A DNA stretch of 19,919 bases. Source: Candidatus Poribacteria bacterium (lineage in GTDB: Bacteria > Poribacteria > WGA-4E > WGA-3G). Under the pieces are notes generated by a model. The model saw only the letters and a list, made by a program, of their open reading frames with translations. It searched no databases and was not told where the DNA came from. The stretch covers positions 1-19,919 of the forward strand of contig CBDBFU010000006.1 in NCBI GenBank assembly GCA_965205025.1. The letters are read 5' to 3'. Of the stretch, positions 17,440 to 19,919 are shown piece by piece. The position numbers were made by a program, and so were the translations under genes. Within the stretch, counting starts at the first letter, position 1, and every line of letters starts with the position of its first letter.

Positions 17440-17690
17440 TATATTGTTCTGACATGGTTAACATCAGTCTCAATATACTATATCTGGCTGAATCCTAAAT
17501 CTTCAAGCCAATATTTGATACGGATTTGGAATTTACACGTTTTATAGTTTAGTATTAGTGTATAGGTCTGTAAAGATTCAGAGTCTTATAATTCTATATT
17601 CACATAATTATCTGACTATAAACATGTAATAATTATCTATTACTCCCCTTCTCTCCTAAAGAGACATCTCACCGAACGGAGAATCTATTA

Positions 17691-18296
17691 ATGACGAAAT
17701 ACATTGTATATATAACATTGGTTTTAAGTCTATTATCTATAAAAGTTACAGCAGAGAAAGACGAAACCACAATCAAAATAGATGAAAAAGTTAAAGAGTG
17801 GAGTCTGAAAAATACTGAAAACAAAATTCAGACTCTTACACAGTTAAGAAAAGATAAGAAGATAGTTGTACTTGTATTTATGGCAACACAATGTCCTGCA
17901 GCTGACGATTATGTGGAACGTATATTGAAATTGTATGAAGATTATAAAGAGAAAATGGTACAATTTGTAAGTATTCACTCAAACAAACATGAGACCCTTG
18001 ACGAAATAAAGAAATATTATAAAATACATAAATTTGAATATCCAATTCTTATAGATCCAGAGAATAAAATTGCTGACTATTTTCAAGCGAGAAGAACTCC
18101 TGAGGTGTTTGTTATAGATGAGTCTGCTTTACTCCGATATAGAGGTGGTATTGATGATAGTCGTAAAACCCCAAAAAAACATTACCTGAGGACAATTTTA
18201 GATAAAGTCTTACATGCCAAACCTATACCAGAGAAAGAAAAAAAGACACGTGCAATTGGATGTACAATCAAGAGAGTTAGAAAAAAGAGATATTGA
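17691..18296 (+). CDS. Exported thioredoxin-fold redoxin (AhpC/TSA, PRX-like1 type)
   Basis: Signal peptide; VLVFMATQCP, VQFVSIHSN, ARRTPEVFVID, YRGGIDD, AIGCTIK. Confidence 0.85.
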   Translation: MTKYIVYITLVLSLLSIKVTAEKDETTIKIDEKVKEWSLKNTENKIQTLTQLRKDKKIVVLVFMATQCPAADDYVERILKLYEDYKEKMVQFVSIHSNKHETLDEIKKYYKIHKFEYPILIDPENKIADYFQARRTPEVFVIDESALLRYRGGIDDSRKTPKKHYLRTILDKVLHAKPIPEKEKKTRAIGCTIKRVRKKRY

Positions 18297-18362
18297 CCGA
18301 ACACCATAATTAATGGTATAGAATATATGTTTGACTATTTTATTTGAATCATAGGGAAGTTG

Positions 18363-19919
18363 ATGAAACGTATATTAAATTTTATCCTACAAGTTTTTCT
18401 GACAATTATCTTTACTGGTGCTTTACTGGTATTTTTTGCCGTATGCTTTGCTATTGGGGTCTCGGGTGGTTTCACGTTAGGTTGTTGGGAAGATGTCGTC
18501 GCACTTGATCTGGAGAAATTAAAATATACAGAAGATACACAAACTTGGCGACAACATACTGAGATCTATTCCTCTATCTGTGAAGTCCAACAAAAAGATA
18601 CTACAACATTTCTAATAGATAAATTACAACGATTGGATTATGAGAGTATCAAATCTGGTGGATCTGGAATTTCTTCACCTGGACAATATTTTACAACACT
18701 TAAAGGAGCAAACGAAAAACAAAATGGTTCAATTCAGGTTTTTCTTAAAGAATTCGAATATCCTTATTTGGATGAAGAAACAAAAGCAAAACGCGTAAAT
18801 CTAACTATAAAGAACGGGAAAATTGAATTGATTCAGGATGGCTCAGGAAATGTATTACGTAATTTTTATCTTGAACCTGAGTTAATAAGAGAATTCGCTG
18901 ATACTGATACCGGTTCAACACGAAATATTATCCCTTTGGTGGAAATGCCTGAAAGACTTGTTAATGCATTTATTGCAATTGAGGACCACAGATTTTATCA
19001 ACATTTCGGTATTGATATAATACGACTATTTGGCGCTATGAGGGATGCAGTGTTAAGGAGAAGTATTCCGGAAGGTACAAGTACTCTTACACAACAATTA
19101 ACACGAAACATATATTTGGGTGATGCATCGACAATTGTCAGAAAAGTTCGTGAGATGCTACTCTCGTTTAGAATTGAGAAACAGTTATCTAAGTCGCAGA
19201 TTTTAGAAGGTTATCTCAATTTTATTGACTAGGACGCTTTGGGCACAAACTCTATATGGTGTGCAAAAAGCATCAATGGCATACTTTGATAAAGAGGTGT
19301 CAGAACTTGAGATTGACCAATGCGCACTTCTTGCAGGAATACCTAAAGGTACAACACAATATTCTCCTATTTCAAATCCAGAAATGCAAAAAGACGACGT
19401 GATGATGTCTTAAATGCAATGTATAAAAGAGGTTTGATAACACCACAAGAGTATCTAATAAATCGGAAGAAACCCATATCCGTGCAGAGTTCTTCCGATA
19501 CCACCATAAAACAAAGATACTATACTGCTGGACATTATATAGAATATATTCAATCTCTACTCAAAAACATTCCTGAACTAAAAAACAGCATATATAAGGA
19601 AGGTTTGAAAGTATATACTACTATTGATATGTCTATGCAGTCTGTAGCAATGAAAGCTGTGGCAGATCATCTACGGGTATTAGATAAACCTACTCGATTA
19701 CCTAACTATGATACCAATAAAGACAATCCTAAAGGTATTGATCCTATAAGGAATTACTTACAAGCAGGATTGATTTCAATTGATCCTAAGTCAGGTCATG
19801 TTAAAGCAATGGTTGGAGGACGGGATTTCTTCATCTCAGATAAAAGAAAACCAGAGATTAACTATCTTAATAGAACTATCGGAACTAAGAATAAACCGGC
19901 ACGTCGTCAACCCGGGTCG
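18363..19919 (+). CDS. Class A penicillin-binding protein (PBP1b-like, with UB2H-like insert); frameshifts near 19230-19243 and 19383; 3' end runs off the window
   Basis: N-terminal TM; UB2H-like LQRLDY..PGQY..LEPELI; GT51 motifs EDHRFYQHFGID, GTSTLTQQL, RKVRE, ILEGYLN, ALLAGIPKG; then GLKVYTTID, AMVGGRD and RRQPGS (catalytic Ser) at the last bases. Confidence 0.93.

Noticed and set aside
18293-18324. Promoter for the PBP gene (TTGACC ... TAGAAT)
   Set aside because: The spacer is 20 nt, too long to support confidently.

Overview
AT-rich bacterial chromosomal window. The gene content (sulfatase, enolase-superfamily enzyme, Uma2 nuclease with coiled-coil tail, Gfo/Idh/MocA, CehA/McbA-type PHP hydrolase) is reminiscent of Ca. 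Poribacteria; this is inference, not verified. Left to right: frameshifted sulfatase (-), frameshifted mandelate racemase/MLE-family enzyme (+), Uma2 nuclease (-), three related membrane proteins built from a repeated two-TM + G..ER..W..WY module (-), orphan PotD-like binding protein (-), rhodanese (-), a Rossmann-less Gfo/Idh/MocA C-domain plus a full Gfo/Idh/MocA oxidoreductase (+), a PspA/IM30 (ESCRT-III-like) protein followed by a classic-clade AAA ATPase (-), a 1-kb intergenic region with a perfect 3x28-bp tandem repeat and a consensus promoter driving a structured leader, then PHP hydrolase, GT9 heptosyltransferase, HAD hydrolase, thioredoxin-like protein and PBP1b-like gene (+). Best candidates for new biology: the PspA-like + AAA pair (possible bacterial ESCRT-III/Vps4-like module), the four-repeat membrane proteins that share an identically positioned palindrome with the AAA gene, and a riboswitch-like leader at 14466-14708. 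Frameshifts cluster near both window ends and are probably sequencing errors. No rRNA, tRNA, CRISPR array or transposase was recognised.
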